DNA from: Thermodesulfobacteriota bacterium
GTDB taxonomy: Bacteria > Desulfobacterota_D > UBA1144 > Nemesobacterales > JAJCZQ01
Assembly: GCA_965215275.1 (NCBI GenBank)
Contig: OZ244044.1
Location: 256,001 to 320,000, forward strand
Reading direction: 5' to 3'
Length of the DNA: 64,000 nucleotides
The notes below the pieces were generated by a model that saw only the letters and a program-made list of their open reading frames with translations, did no database searches and was not told the origin of the DNA. The translations under genes were made by a program, and so were the position numbers. Shown piece after piece: positions 21,971 to 32,800 of this stretch (position 1 is the first letter of the stretch; each line of letters begins with the position of its first letter).

Positions 21971-22627
21971 ATGAAAATATCACTACTTGGCGGAACCGGG
22001 GACATAGCTGAAGGGCTCGTTCTCAGATGGTCAAAATCAGGACACGAAATATATATAGGATCAAGAAGCGAAGAAAAAGCTCAAGGCATAGCTGCCGGCT
22101 ACATTGAAAAACTGAAACCACTTGGGATCGAACCCAAGATACACGGCATGCCGAACGCTGAAGCTGCAAAGAATTCAGAGATCATAATAATTAGTATTCC
22201 CCCGGAGTACGCTGCGGCCACCATACAGGGATGCGGGGACAATATATCTGATCAGATCGTTGTAACCCCCGTTGTATCAATGAAAAAAGAAGGTAAAACG
22301 TTCTTATACGACCCGCCTTCTCAAGGGTCGTCCGCTGATGAAATAAGGTCCGTTCTGCCGGAAACAGCAAGGCTTGTATCGGCTTATCATAATTTACCAG
22401 CCAAGGGACTGGCAAATATTGATGAAGACCTGGATTATGATGTGGTTATATGCAGTGATGACGATGATGCCAAGGAAGTCGTGAAAGAACTCACGGAAGA
22501 GATGAAACACCTCAGGGTACTTGACGCCGGACCGCTGTCGGTATCACCTATGATAGAGGCGATCACTCCACTTATCGTCAGCCTTAACATAAGGATGAAA
22601 AAGCATTTCTCAATCAAGTTCGTATAA
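21971..22627 (+). CDS. npdG: NADPH-dependent F420 reductase
   Basis: GGTGDIAEGL, IGSRSEEKA, SAYHNL, DAGPL..IEAITP. Confidence 0.85.
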   Translation: MKISLLGGTGDIAEGLVLRWSKSGHEIYIGSRSEEKAQGIAAGYIEKLKPLGIEPKIHGMPNAEAAKNSEIIIISIPPEYAAATIQGCGDNISDQIVVTPVVSMKKEGKTFLYDPPSQGSSADEIRSVLPETARLVSAYHNLPAKGLANIDEDLDYDVVICSDDDDAKEVVKELTEEMKHLRVLDAGPLSVSPMIEAITPLIVSLNIRMKKHFSIKFV

Positions 22628-22637
22628 GCTCAAGGAG

Positions 22638-23060
22638 TTATTCTTCACCCACTATCTGAACGATAACCTCTCTGCTCCTTGACCTGTTGTCAAAGTCAAC
22701 GAATATGATCTGCTGCCATGTTCCGATGGTCAGTCTTGAAGACCTGAATGGGACCGACAGTGAAGGTCCGAGCAGTGACGCCCTTATATGTGAGTGACCA
22801 TTTCCGTCTCCCCACCTCGCGTTATGAGCATAGAAACCATCTTCCGGCACCAGCTTTGAAAACGTTTCCTTCAGGTCATTTACCGCACCACTTTCATACT
22901 CTATCGTAGTGATACCAGCGGTAGAACCTTTGGCAAATACCGTGACGGTCCCTGAACTGATCGGCGATCCTTCTACTGCCTGCTCTACCTCTTTCGTTAT
23001 ATCCAGTACATCGCAGTTACCATCCGTTGAAAGCTCGATCGTTTTAGTTTCAACCATCAT
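22638..23060 (-). CDS. YjbQ/UPF0047 family protein
   Basis: GSTAGITTIEYE, NGHSHIRASLLG, GTWQQI. Confidence 0.9.
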   Translation of the reverse strand: MMVETKTIELSTDGNCDVLDITKEVEQAVEGSPISSGTVTVFAKGSTAGITTIEYESGAVNDLKETFSKLVPEDGFYAHNARWGDGNGHSHIRASLLGPSLSVPFRSSRLTIGTWQQIIFVDFDNRSRSREVIVQIVGEE

Positions 23061-23188
23061 TGATCTCTCCTCAAAATCGATTGCCTTTGAACTATACACT
23101 ACACGTGACGTTTTTATACATTTTACAATTCACTCGGTAAACTAATGTCAAACGAAGGTAAAACGATCAACAAGGAGTTAAGACCCAA

Positions 23189-24262
23189 ATGGACAAGATA
23201 GAAAAACTACTGAAAGAGCTGACAGAAACAGATGGAGCCACCGGCTACGAAAATGAGATAAGAAAAGTCCTTGAAAAACGACTGAAAGACCTGGGACAGG
23301 TAAGCAGAGACAACATGGGAAGCCTTATCTGCAAGGTTCCAAGTTCTTCTGCTGGTCCGAAGGTCATGCTCGCCAGTCACATGGACGAAATAGGGTTCAT
23401 GGTCAAGCATATAAGCAGTGAAGGCTATATAAAGTTTACGGCACTCGGAGGATGGTGGGACCAAGTACTGTTGACCCAGAGGGTGAAGATAAAAACCGGC
23501 AAGGGAGACGTAACAGGAGTTATTGGTGCAAAACCTCCACACCTGATCCCTCATGAAGAAAGAACAAAAACAGTTGTTAAAAACAACATGTACATAGACG
23601 TGGGTGCAACTTCAGACAAGGAAGTTGAAAGAGCTGGGATCAGAATAGGCGACCCTGTAACCCCCTACAGTGAATTCACGAGGCTTTCGATCCCGAAAAC
23701 CTATATGGCAAAGGCCTTTGACGACAGGATCGGCTGTGCAGTCCTCTTATCCGTGCTGGAAAAAGCCAAAAAACAGAAAAATCCAAACACTATCTACGGT
23801 GCCGCCACGGTTCAGGAAGAGGTCGGAGTAAGGGGAGCAACAACGAGCGTTGAACTCGTAGACCCGGACGTAGCTATCATACTTGAATCTGATATTGCAG
23901 GTGATGTGCCCGGTATTAAGCCAGAGGAATCATCTACGAAACTGGGAAAAGGTCCTTCCATCCTGATGTATGATTCCCGTATGATACCAAATTTGAAACT
24001 CAGGGACATGGTGATCGATACGGCAAAAAAGAAAAACATTCCACTGCAGTTCAATGCAATGGAAGGCGGTGCCACGGACGGTTCCATAATACATATTCAT
24101 AAGTACGGGGTTCCCACGGTCGTGATCGGAGTTCCAACTCGTCACATACACAGTCACAACTCCATAGTGAAAAGAGTTGATCTGGATAACACGACCGACC
24201 TTGTATTATCGGTTGTGAATAAATTAAACAGCCATGCAGTGTCTGACCTTGTTAAGGATTAA
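23189..24262 (+). CDS. M42 family aminopeptidase
   Basis: SHMDEIG, KAFDDRIG, QEEVGVRGA, RHIHS. Confidence 0.93.
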   Translation: MDKIEKLLKELTETDGATGYENEIRKVLEKRLKDLGQVSRDNMGSLICKVPSSSAGPKVMLASHMDEIGFMVKHISSEGYIKFTALGGWWDQVLLTQRVKIKTGKGDVTGVIGAKPPHLIPHEERTKTVVKNNMYIDVGATSDKEVERAGIRIGDPVTPYSEFTRLSIPKTYMAKAFDDRIGCAVLLSVLEKAKKQKNPNTIYGAATVQEEVGVRGATTSVELVDPDVAIILESDIAGDVPGIKPEESSTKLGKGPSILMYDSRMIPNLKLRDMVIDTAKKKNIPLQFNAMEGGATDGSIIHIHKYGVPTVVIGVPTRHIHSHNSIVKRVDLDNTTDLVLSVVNKLNSHAVSDLVKD

Positions 24263-24352
24263 CACATTTAATGGGTCAAACAACAATTTGAAGAACAACT
24301 TGACTCAGCAGGAGTAAGAATGCTAATATGCATATGTGTAAGGAGGTAATGT

Positions 24353-24610
24353 ATGCTAAGCAAATTGAGAAATTTTAGTACATTAATCCTCAGTTTATTA
24401 ACTTCCGCCAAATCGGTTTGGGATATTTCCGGGAGGTCAACAACTGAATTAAACTATGATTTACTTCAACTTGATGATGTGAAAGCCCTGCAGCAGGATT
24501 GGCAAACAATAGGAGATGATATGAGAGAAGCCTTCCGCTGTATGGATAATGAATTATCCTCCAATCCTGACTTGAAGAAAAAGATTATTCGAAAAATCAT
24601 AGAGAAATAA
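24353..24610 (+). CDS. Small hypothetical protein of mobile-element type
   Basis: Strong RBS AAGGAGG; D..AL.QDW..IGDDM motif recalled from small phage-associated proteins. Confidence 0.6.
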   Translation: MLSKLRNFSTLILSLLTSAKSVWDISGRSTTELNYDLLQLDDVKALQQDWQTIGDDMREAFRCMDNELSSNPDLKKKIIRKIIEK

Positions 24611-24669
24611 AAAACACCTTCCTCTTCTTTAACAACTTATTATCTCCTGACCCTATCCTGTGCCAACAA

Positions 24670-24990
24670 ATGAGTGGTCATATATTTATAATTTCCCCTT
24701 TTTAAACAGCAAAATATATTCGTGTTTTAACCTCTTTCCCTCTTGCTCCATCAATATACTCACCTACTACATGATCAACTGTTTTGTGCTTATATCCTTT
24801 ATTATTCAGCCCACTATATCTTAAATTCTGATCTGTTTAAACTGTTGACCCGTCTGTAACTGTCTCTTTAATCATTTACAGATTCAATTACCTTTGCTTT
24901 AACTTTTTTATCTACCCTTGACTTAATATTTGCTAAGGTAGATTTAGTTTTAGTGCTTCTACCTTGTGTTCCTTCTATCAAGTGATTCTT
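24670..24990 (-). mobile_element. IS1595-family transposase remnant
   Basis: Hand translation: GTQGRSTKTK...KVKAKVIE / IKETVTDGSTV*TD...Y.GL..KGYKHKTVDHVVGEYIDG; stops and a frameshift. Confidence 0.75.
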
Positions 24991-25126
24991 TGATCTTTTG
25001 AGTAATTAAGTATATAGTCCCCTGATATTATATAGGAGATCATACCGATAAGTTGATAACAGAATATTATGACAAAGTAATACACTTTGATAGTATTTTG
25101 ACTTTCAGTATCGTTAATTTTAGTGT

Positions 25127-25891
25127 ATGAACGATAAATACACGCTTATTAATAGCAACTGTTTTGAATATCTTCAAAAAATCGAAGAAAACTCAATTGA
25201 CTGCATAATAACAGACCCACCGTACTTTCTTTCAAACGATGGAATTACATGTAAGAGCGGTAAGATGGTTTCTGTCAATAAGGGAAAATGGGATAAAAGA
25301 AAGGATTATGATGAAATTTACTCATTTAATCTTAATTGGATAGAAGAAAGTTACAGGATTCTGAAACCAGGTGGAACTTTATGGGTTAGTGGAACTTACC
25401 ACAATATATACACTATAGGTTCAATCATTGATAGTATAGAGGACTTTAGGATACTCAATAATATAACTTGGGTAAAAACCTCACCTCCCCCAAATCTCTC
25501 TTGTAGATTTTTTACTCACTCAACAGAAACAATTTTGTGGGTTAGAAAGGGTAAAAAAACAAAACATTATTTCAATTATGATTTGATGAAGGAGTTGAAT
25601 AAAGGAAAACAGATGAAAGATGTTTGGATAGTTGGCAGCCCTAAAAAAACAGAAAAAGATTTAGGAAAGCACCCAACACAAAAACCTGAGGAATTGATAG
25701 AAAGAATAATTCTATCCTCTACACAAGAAAATGATTTAGTTCTTGATATGTTTAATGGAAGTGGAACTACTGGTGTTGTTAGTATTAGAAATAATAGAAG
25801 ATATCTTGGTATAGAATTGGATGAAGAATATTATCAACTTTCAAAACAAAGGTTAGAAAGAGAAACAAGTGAATCAAGATTAGATGTTTGA
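25127..25891 (+). CDS. DpnA-like DNA methyltransferase (beta class)
   Basis: ITDPPYFLSNDGI...VSVNKGKWD, HPTQKP, VLDMFNGSGTTG. Confidence 0.9.
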   Translation: MNDKYTLINSNCFEYLQKIEENSIDCIITDPPYFLSNDGITCKSGKMVSVNKGKWDKRKDYDEIYSFNLNWIEESYRILKPGGTLWVSGTYHNIYTIGSIIDSIEDFRILNNITWVKTSPPPNLSCRFFTHSTETILWVRKGKKTKHYFNYDLMKELNKGKQMKDVWIVGSPKKTEKDLGKHPTQKPEELIERIILSSTQENDLVLDMFNGSGTTGVVSIRNNRRYLGIELDEEYYQLSKQRLERETSESRLDV

Positions 25892-26555
25892 TTCCTTTGG
25901 AAATTCTAATGTCAGACCTGTACTAAAATGAGTTGATAGTAAAAGAGGACTTATACATGATATAAATAAAGTACTACAAAACCCAAAAAGTATGTAGAAC
26001 CCTTTTTTGGTGGTGGTTTGGTTTATTTTTAAACACTTGGGGTTAAATACAAAAATAGATCAATTATTAATAACGTAAACAAAGATTTAGTAGATTTATA
26101 TAGAAATATAAAAACTTCTCCAATTCTTCTTAACCGCACTTATTTTAATGGATTATATAGAGTTAATAGTAAAGGGTATGTGAATATCCCTAAAGGAAAT
26201 TATAAAAACCCAAGAATAGTTGAAAACATAAAAAATACTGAATTTGATAGTATCCTTGAAATAGGAAACTTGGTTTATTTTGACCTTCCCTATCACCCTT
26301 TAAATGAAACATCATCATTCACTTCATATAGTAGTTCTTTCGGAAAAGGAGAACAGATTAGGTTGAGAAATTATTTTGAATAACTTAACAATAAAGGAGT
26401 TTATGTAATATTATCTAATTACTCTTTACCCTTTATAAGAGAAATTTACAATGAGTTTAATGTAGTGAAAATTTATTTATAATAGGAACATAAGCAATAA
26501 ATCCGGCAAAAGAGGAAAAGTACAGGAGTATCTCGTAGTTGGAAACCAAATAAAA
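25884..26555 (+). pseudogene. dam: Dam/DpnM-like adenine methyltransferase pseudogene
   Basis: RPVLK*VDSK (from PFLKWAGGK), YVEPFFGGG, FNGLYRVNSKG, VYFDLPY (DPPY mutated); several stops, frameshifts and deletions. Confidence 0.85.
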
Positions 26556-26560
26556 ATAAC

Positions 26561-27484
26561 ATGAAGCAATTAAAGTTTTATTTTGAAAGAGGATTGCATA
26601 ATCCAAGTGAGGTTTTTAACTATTTTGTTGAAAATATTTTACCTATTAATAGAACTTGGGACTATTTTATCAATTGGGATAAAGTATTTTCAAATATTTG
26701 TAAATACAAGATTGAACTAAACATTTTAAACTCGCTATGTGGTTCCGAAAATTTCGACGAAGAGTTAAAGTATATACTAAAAAATTATCCTGAGGTTATT
26801 AAAGTTTTCCCAACTCTTCTTGGAGTTAGAGAAAGAAAAATTGATGTTTTAGATGATAGTGTTTTATCTGAATTTAACTTTAAGGAGTCTAACTTTAAAG
26901 AATTTGATTTTAGAAAAACCAATTTATTCAATTCCGATTTAGAAAACCTAATTGTTTTTTTTGAGGAAAGTGGCTTAAAAAACTTAGTCATAAAAGGTGG
27001 CTTAACAAATATTAAAGATTATACATATGGGGTAGAAGTTGGTTTGGATACTAATGGTAGGAAGAATAGAAGTGGTTCGATAATGGAAAACCTCGTTAAT
27101 GATTTACTACGGAAGGTATATAATTTAGATGAAAATAATTATATTACTCAATGCACTTCATTAAAAACTAAAAAGAAATGGAGGTTAGAATTACCAGTTG
27201 ATAAATCTTCAAGAAAACCAGACTTTGTGGTTAATAGAAACAACAAACTTTACTGGATTGAAACTAATTTTTATTCTGGAGGAGGGTCTAAATTAAACGC
27301 AGTTTGTGGAAACCATAAATCATTATTTGACTTTTGTAAATCTAATGGCGTTGAATTTATTTGGATTACTGATGGTGAAGGATGGAAAACTACATTGACT
27401 ACTCTTGAAGAAACATTTTTACATAATGATTATATTTTTAACTTAAGTATGATTAAGGATGGTGTTTTAAATTCGATTTGGTAA
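26561..27484 (+). CDS. DpnII/MboI-family type II restriction endonuclease
   Basis: GVEVGLDTNGRKNRSG, PDFVV, IETNFYSGGGSKL, FIWITDG.GW. Confidence 0.9.
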   Translation: MKQLKFYFERGLHNPSEVFNYFVENILPINRTWDYFINWDKVFSNICKYKIELNILNSLCGSENFDEELKYILKNYPEVIKVFPTLLGVRERKIDVLDDSVLSEFNFKESNFKEFDFRKTNLFNSDLENLIVFFEESGLKNLVIKGGLTNIKDYTYGVEVGLDTNGRKNRSGSIMENLVNDLLRKVYNLDENNYITQCTSLKTKKKWRLELPVDKSSRKPDFVVNRNNKLYWIETNFYSGGGSKLNAVCGNHKSLFDFCKSNGVEFIWITDGEGWKTTLTTLEETFLHNDYIFNLSMIKDGVLNSIW

Positions 27485-27528
27485 GTCAGTATAGTTCAAT
27501 ATCAGTTTAAAAAACCTGTTTTACAAGT

Positions 27529-27605
27529 CGGGATGTGGCGCAGTCTGGTAGCGCACTCGTCTGGGGGGCGAGCGGTCGCTGGTTCAAATCCAGTCATCCC
27601 GACCA
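27529..27605 (+). tRNA. tRNA-Pro (GGG)
   Basis: CGGGATG/CATCCCG acceptor stem, anticodon loop CTGGGGG, GGTTCAAATCC T-arm, encoded CCA; 77 nt. Confidence 0.97.
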
Positions 27606-27771
27606 TTCATTTTTGGCAAAAACTCCCAACTTTAAAAATGGGAATTATATACTATTTGCCCCAAATTAAATAATTTATAATCATGGAATAAATTGGTAAT
27701 TGAACTTATGTTTATGAGTGATTTAACTTGTTTTTTTACAACCAAATTCTTAGCGTTTTTTTTCAAATCGA

Positions 27772-29151
27772 CTACCAGACTTCTTTAATTCTTTCTTTAA
27801 ATTCGTAGTTGTTTTTCAGTATTGCGTCAATTCTTGACTTATCAATATCAAGTCGCTGTAGAAGATGCAATTTAAATATGGCTTTCATTTGGTATATATA
27901 GTATAACAAATCTTTACCTTTAGCTGCTTTTTCTTCTAGAGATTTGTCATAATGTATAAGGTAATTTCTTGTATCTACAATTTTGCTAATAAGTTCATTT
28001 CGTTCCTTACTGTTTCCAAACTTATCTTTATACGGTTCAATAATTCTGTTAATTCTTGTACGCAAGCTAATTTCATTAGCATAACACAGACTATCTTTTA
28101 ACCATTTTTTATGTTGGTCAGGACAATTTGACAACAATTCATATAAGAGGTTTTTAAACTCACATTCACTCATCTTTGTCTTCTTTGTCTCATCCGAAGT
28201 TCGACGATGATATATTTCTAATGCGTGAACCAAAGCCAGAAATTTACCTTCCAAATATCTATAACTTTCAGTTACAACAGAAAGATAGAGATTGATAGAA
28301 GGCCTTATCTCCACATATGCATCAAACCACTTATTTAAAATTCCTTCCATATCATCCTTAATATCACCAAATCCAAACAACGCCTTCCTCGGGTCAATTT
28401 CCGGGCGATTTGGAGAAAATGGCAAACTTTTATAATATATATGAATAGGGTTTGTCCCTTTTTGTCTCTCTAATGTGGCAGATACATCACTAATTGTCAC
28501 TGTTTTATCAATAGTAAAACACAATAAGTAAGTAATTTTATAAATTATTTCTCTGAAATCTTGGAATTCTCTTTCTTTAGTAGATGATAATTTTATATAC
28601 GCTTTTCGTATAGTCTTGGTTTCTACAGTTACAGTATGTGAAAAACTTGGTGGTGTATAGCTAAAACCTATATGTAATTTGAAACCGTCCATTAATTCAT
28701 ATTCTATGTTAGTCGTAGTTTTCTGGTCATCGCTGTGGATAAAATTAATGCCATTTTTTCCAAGCCAATCATCTAAACCTTCTACGGAAAACATCACGGA
28801 ATTGAATTTAACTGACTCATTTTGCTCATATATAAAACCACAAAATGCTTTGTCTACATGGACTAATGACTTGAAAGGAATACTATCTGGTCCTATTTGA
28901 GGAATATCAGTACAATCTTCTAATGTTATAGGTTCATCTTTCTCCACTTGACCAACGACCCTGTAAATATTAGTATTTTCTAGACCCCATCTTTTACCTA
29001 AACTAACAGCTATATCTTCATCAAGCAGACCCATGAGTTCTAGTTCAATTTTCCCTCCATCGTATATTCTTAGAGTTCCAGGAATTTTACGGTCAGAATT
29101 TTCAGGAAGCCAAAAGTAGCCATCCCTTTCATATTTTTCATTTATTCTCAC
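27772..29151 (-). CDS. ApeA-type HEPN protein (putative anti-phage RNase)
   Basis: N-terminal GYFWLPE...IPGTL typical of the ApeA NTD; ALEIYHR; HEPN motif RNYLIH (R-x4-H). Confidence 0.8.
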   Translation of the reverse strand: MRINEKYERDGYFWLPENSDRKIPGTLRIYDGGKIELELMGLLDEDIAVSLGKRWGLENTNIYRVVGQVEKDEPITLEDCTDIPQIGPDSIPFKSLVHVDKAFCGFIYEQNESVKFNSVMFSVEGLDDWLGKNGINFIHSDDQKTTTNIEYELMDGFKLHIGFSYTPPSFSHTVTVETKTIRKAYIKLSSTKEREFQDFREIIYKITYLLCFTIDKTVTISDVSATLERQKGTNPIHIYYKSLPFSPNRPEIDPRKALFGFGDIKDDMEGILNKWFDAYVEIRPSINLYLSVVTESYRYLEGKFLALVHALEIYHRRTSDETKKTKMSECEFKNLLYELLSNCPDQHKKWLKDSLCYANEISLRTRINRIIEPYKDKFGNSKERNELISKIVDTRNYLIHYDKSLEEKAAKGKDLLYYIYQMKAIFKLHLLQRLDIDKSRIDAILKNNYEFKERIKEVW

Positions 29152-29559
29152 AATACTCTCTCCTCACGTGTAAATCTCATCCGTTCTGATTTGCTTGCTC
29201 AGCAAGTTTTGTATCCATGTTATCTTTTATTTACTTTTTATGTTCTTTAAGAATATCCAAACCTTTTAGCATTTTTTCTCCTTGATACTTATTTCACTCT
29301 TAATAATATATACATTGTATTGTAATGTCTTATCTTTCTCTTTATTTCAAAGGGGTTAGATGATATAATATATTGTATTACTAATATTGAATGTATTTTT
29401 AAAAAGTTTTTTTAGAATTGCTTACTAGACAAAACATCAGTCCGACCATATAAATCATAATACTATTAAGTCTCATAGTGTATTTATAAAAACCAAATAA
29501 AGTGATGCCTGAGATGAACATTGATTAAAGCACCTGCTGAATTATAATCTTCCCTACTG

Positions 29560-31353
29560 ATGGAATTAAACTACATTCGTAACTTCTCTATTATTGCACA
29601 CGTTGATCATGGAAAGTCCACTTTAGCCGACAGGATCCTTGAATATACCGGGACGGTTTCCGAAAGAGACAAAACCGCACAGTTCCTTGACAACATGGAT
29701 CTGGAACGAGAAAGAGGGATCACTATAAAGGCCCAGGCGGTAAGGATCAATTATAAAGCCGAAGATGGAAACACGTATGAATTCAACCTGATAGATACTC
29801 CTGGGCATGTGGATTTCAGCTATGAGGTCTCAAGGAGCCTGATTGCATGTGAAGGTGCTCTGCTGGTAGTTGATGCAACTCAGGGAGTTGAAGCACAAAC
29901 ATTAGCTAATTCCTACCTTGCTGCTGACGCGGGACTGGAGCTTATACCAGTGATAAATAAAATAGACCTTCCCGCAGCAGAACCGGAAAAAGTAAAGGAA
30001 GAAATTGAAAATATAGTGGGAATCGACACTACGGACGTTGTTTACGCAAGTGCCAAGGAAGGACTTGGAACAAAGGACATACTTGAAGCTATCGTAAAGG
30101 TCGTTCCTCCTCCTGTATCAGATAACTATAACGAACTAAAAGCCCTTATCTTTGACAGCTGGTTCGATTCTTACCAGGGCGTGGTGATGTTAGTGAGGAT
30201 ATTTGAAGGGGAACTCAGGCTGGGTATGAAGATAAAACTAATGTCAACGGGTAAGGAGTATGAAGTTAAAACTGTCGGGACCTTCTCTCCCAGAGCGATA
30301 GAACTTGATAAATTAACAACTGGAGAAGTCGGTTTTGTCTCCGCTTCAATTAAAGAGGTCAGGGAAGCCAAGGTAGGAGATACGATAACCGGAGCTGCTG
30401 ATCCCACAAAGGAACCCCTTGAGGGGTTTAAAGTAATGAAACCTATGGTCTTCAGCGGATTATATCCCATAGACCCTGGCGATTATACAAAGCTGAGGGA
30501 AGCACTGGAGAAGCTTTGGTTGAACGATTCATCCCTTGTATTTGAACCTGAGACGTCAACTGCACTTGGATTTGGCTTCAGGTGCGGTTTTTTGGGTTTG
30601 CTGCATATGGACATTATCAGGGAAAGAGTGGAGAGAGAATTTCAAGTCAGCTTAATTACAACTGCTCCGACGGTTATCTATAAAGCCATGTACAAAGATG
30701 GTTCAGTAGTCTATCTGGACAACCCAAGCCACCTTCCTTCAGGCGATAGGAATGCCACGGTGGAAGAACCTTATCTTCTGATCTCCATACACACGCCTAA
30801 AGAGTTCCTGGGACCTGTTTTTAAGCTGTGCGAGGAAAGGAGAGGTACTCAGAAAGATCTAAGGTACATAACGCAGGACAGAGTAATAGTTGAGTATGAA
30901 ATTCCACTTGCGGAAATAGTTTATGATTTTTACGACAGGCTTAAGTCGGTCTCAAAAGGATATGCCTCAATGGACTATGAACCGATCGGTTACAAAGGGG
31001 CAAACCTTGTCAGGCTGGACGTTTTAGTAAATGGTGAGCCCGTTGATGCACTTTCTCTTATTGTTCACAAAGACAACGCTTACTACAGAGGCAGGGAGTT
31101 AATTGAAAAGCTAAGGGCATTGATCCCAAGGCAGCTTTATGAAGTCGTTATACAGGCAGCGATCGGAAGTAAAATAATCGCAAGGGAATCCGTCAGACCT
31201 CTCAGGAAGGACGTCACCGCTAAATGTTACGGTGGGGACGTTACCAGAAAGAGAAAACTGCTTGAAAAACAAAGGGAAGGAAAAAAGAGAATGAAACAGG
31301 TCGGAAGCGTTGAAATACCACAGGAAGCTTTTCTTGCAGTATTAAAGACCTGA
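29560..31353 (+). CDS. lepA: Elongation factor 4
   Basis: [31 protein letters not shown]. Confidence 0.98.
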   Translation: MELNYIRNFSIIAHVDHGKSTLADRILEYTGTVSERDKTAQFLDNMDLERERGITIKAQAVRINYKAEDGNTYEFNLIDTPGHVDFSYEVSRSLIACEGALLVVDATQGVEAQTLANSYLAADAGLELIPVINKIDLPAAEPEKVKEEIENIVGIDTTDVVYASAKEGLGTKDILEAIVKVVPPPVSDNYNELKALIFDSWFDSYQGVVMLVRIFEGELRLGMKIKLMSTGKEYEVKTVGTFSPRAIELDKLTTGEVGFVSASIKEVREAKVGDTITGAADPTKEPLEGFKVMKPMVFSGLYPIDPGDYTKLREALEKLWLNDSSLVFEPETSTALGFGFRCGFLGLLHMDIIRERVEREFQVSLITTAPTVIYKAMYKDGSVVYLDNPSHLPSGDRNATVEEPYLLISIHTPKEFLGPVFKLCEERRGTQKDLRYITQDRVIVEYEIPLAEIVYDFYDRLKSVSKGYASMDYEPIGYKGANLVRLDVLVNGEPVDALSLIVHKDNAYYRGRELIEKLRALIPRQLYEVVIQAAIGSKIIARESVRPLRKDVTAKCYGGDVTRKRKLLEKQREGKKRMKQVGSVEIPQEAFLAVLKT

Positions 31354-31441
31354 ACATCGATCTTCTGAATTATTCAAGTAGCTGTGCTGATAGTTCCCGA
31401 ATCTTTTGAAAATTCTCTGATATGGACCACAGGGTCCGATA

Positions 31442-31906
31442 CTAAACCACTGCCTCACTTAAATACCTTACAACGTCGTCCTGGATCGAATCATCGACAA
31501 GGCTTTTCCATTCATCGTTACCTTCTGCGACCAGTTCTCTTATTCGGGTGGCGGAGATAAAACCTATGTTGTCCGGAGGGAAGAACTCATTCATCTCGTA
31601 TCCAACTCCCCTACCCCAGTTGACCGATTCTATATCGGGAATGGATATAACGATAACGTCGTCTCCTTTACTGTTATGGTATTTTTTGATCATATTAACC
31701 GTTTGTTCCGTCGTGAAAGGGTTTTTAGGGTCGGGTGGAATATCTCTCACCATTATAAGACACGGAACCCCTGCGTCCAGTTTCTGTCTGACAAGGCTTA
31801 TGTGTCCAAAATGATATGGCTGATACCTGCCTATAAATACAGCTCTTTTACTGTCTGATGGTTTGATATCCGTATGTCCGTGATTTTTAAATTCCCATTT
31901 TTCCAT
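31442..31906 (-). CDS. Cytidyltransferase-like (HxGH) nucleotidyltransferase
   Basis: FIGRYQPYHFGH, ISATRIR. Confidence 0.8.
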   Translation of the reverse strand: MEKWEFKNHGHTDIKPSDSKRAVFIGRYQPYHFGHISLVRQKLDAGVPCLIMVRDIPPDPKNPFTTEQTVNMIKKYHNSKGDDVIVISIPDIESVNWGRGVGYEMNEFFPPDNIGFISATRIRELVAEGNDEWKSLVDDSIQDDVVRYLSEAVV

Positions 31907-32012
31907 TAAAACTCTCCTGCATTTATATAAGATTTTTGAAAAAGGATTCTTTTTATCTGAACCTGAAGATCAAGGGTCTGAATATACATACAGTATTTTC
32001 TTTTGCAATATA

Positions 32013-32759
32013 TCACCTTGAAGGCAGAACGTGATTTTTTCCCTTTGGGCTGAGGAGCTTGATAAACTCACTGAATACCGATGCACCGAGTTCCTTTAAT
32101 CCGTCAATATATATATCGGTTTCTCTTCTTATCCCTTCCGGATCTATAACTCCTTTCAAACCGTTTAACTCCTCGACGTTAACCGGGTCTGCCAACCACC
32201 TTTTTATCATTGGTTTATCTACTTCTAAATGGAACTGAAGACCATAGACGTTGTCTCCATATTTAAACGCCTGATTTTCACAGTCCGCTGACCTTGCCAG
32301 ATGCACTGCACCATCGGGTATGTCAAATGTATCACCATGCCACTGAAAGATCTTCTCCGCACCGCTTAATTTAGACAGCAACCGGTCATCTGCTGCTTCC
32401 CTGGTCGGCATGATGTTATACCAGCCGATCTCCTTGACCCTGTTCTTTCTTACCCTGGCTCCCAGTGCTTTAGCGATCAGCTGAGACCCGAGGCAGATGC
32501 CGAGCATCGGCATTTTACCGTCCATTGCCTGCTCAATTGCTTTCAGTTCGGGGATCAGATAAGGGTACAGGTCGACTTCATCCACGTTCATCGGACCTCC
32601 CAGCACGATAAGACCGTCGTAACCGCCCAGGTCGAGGACCTTATAGTTCTCTCTTCCGAAATTTACATACTTGATCCTGAAACCGGCCTCTTTAAGCAAA
32701 GGATCAAGAGTTCCTAAAACTTCATGTGGAACGTGCTGAAATACGAGCAGTCTTGGCAT
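32013..32759 (-). CDS. Type 1 glutamine amidotransferase
   Basis: LGGPM, LGICLGSQ, QFHLE; start taken at ATG 32759 after GAAGGAG. Confidence 0.88.
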   Translation of the reverse strand: MPRLLVFQHVPHEVLGTLDPLLKEAGFRIKYVNFGRENYKVLDLGGYDGLIVLGGPMNVDEVDLYPYLIPELKAIEQAMDGKMPMLGICLGSQLIAKALGARVRKNRVKEIGWYNIMPTREAADDRLLSKLSGAEKIFQWHGDTFDIPDGAVHLARSADCENQAFKYGDNVYGLQFHLEVDKPMIKRWLADPVNVEELNGLKGVIDPEGIRRETDIYIDGLKELGASVFSEFIKLLSPKGKNHVLPSR

Positions 32760-32800
32760 TTTTCTCCTTCTGTTCATAAGACGATGATCGCGGTCCTGTA

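Noticed and set aside
27529..27605. Functional link between tRNA-Pro(GGG) and the CCC tracts (programmed frameshifting)
   Set aside because: The required shifts differ in direction between loci, one tract is poly(G), and the tRNA looks canonical; proximity is probably coincidental
27620..27648. Terminator after the tRNA
   Set aside because: Short stem, long loop and no clear U tract
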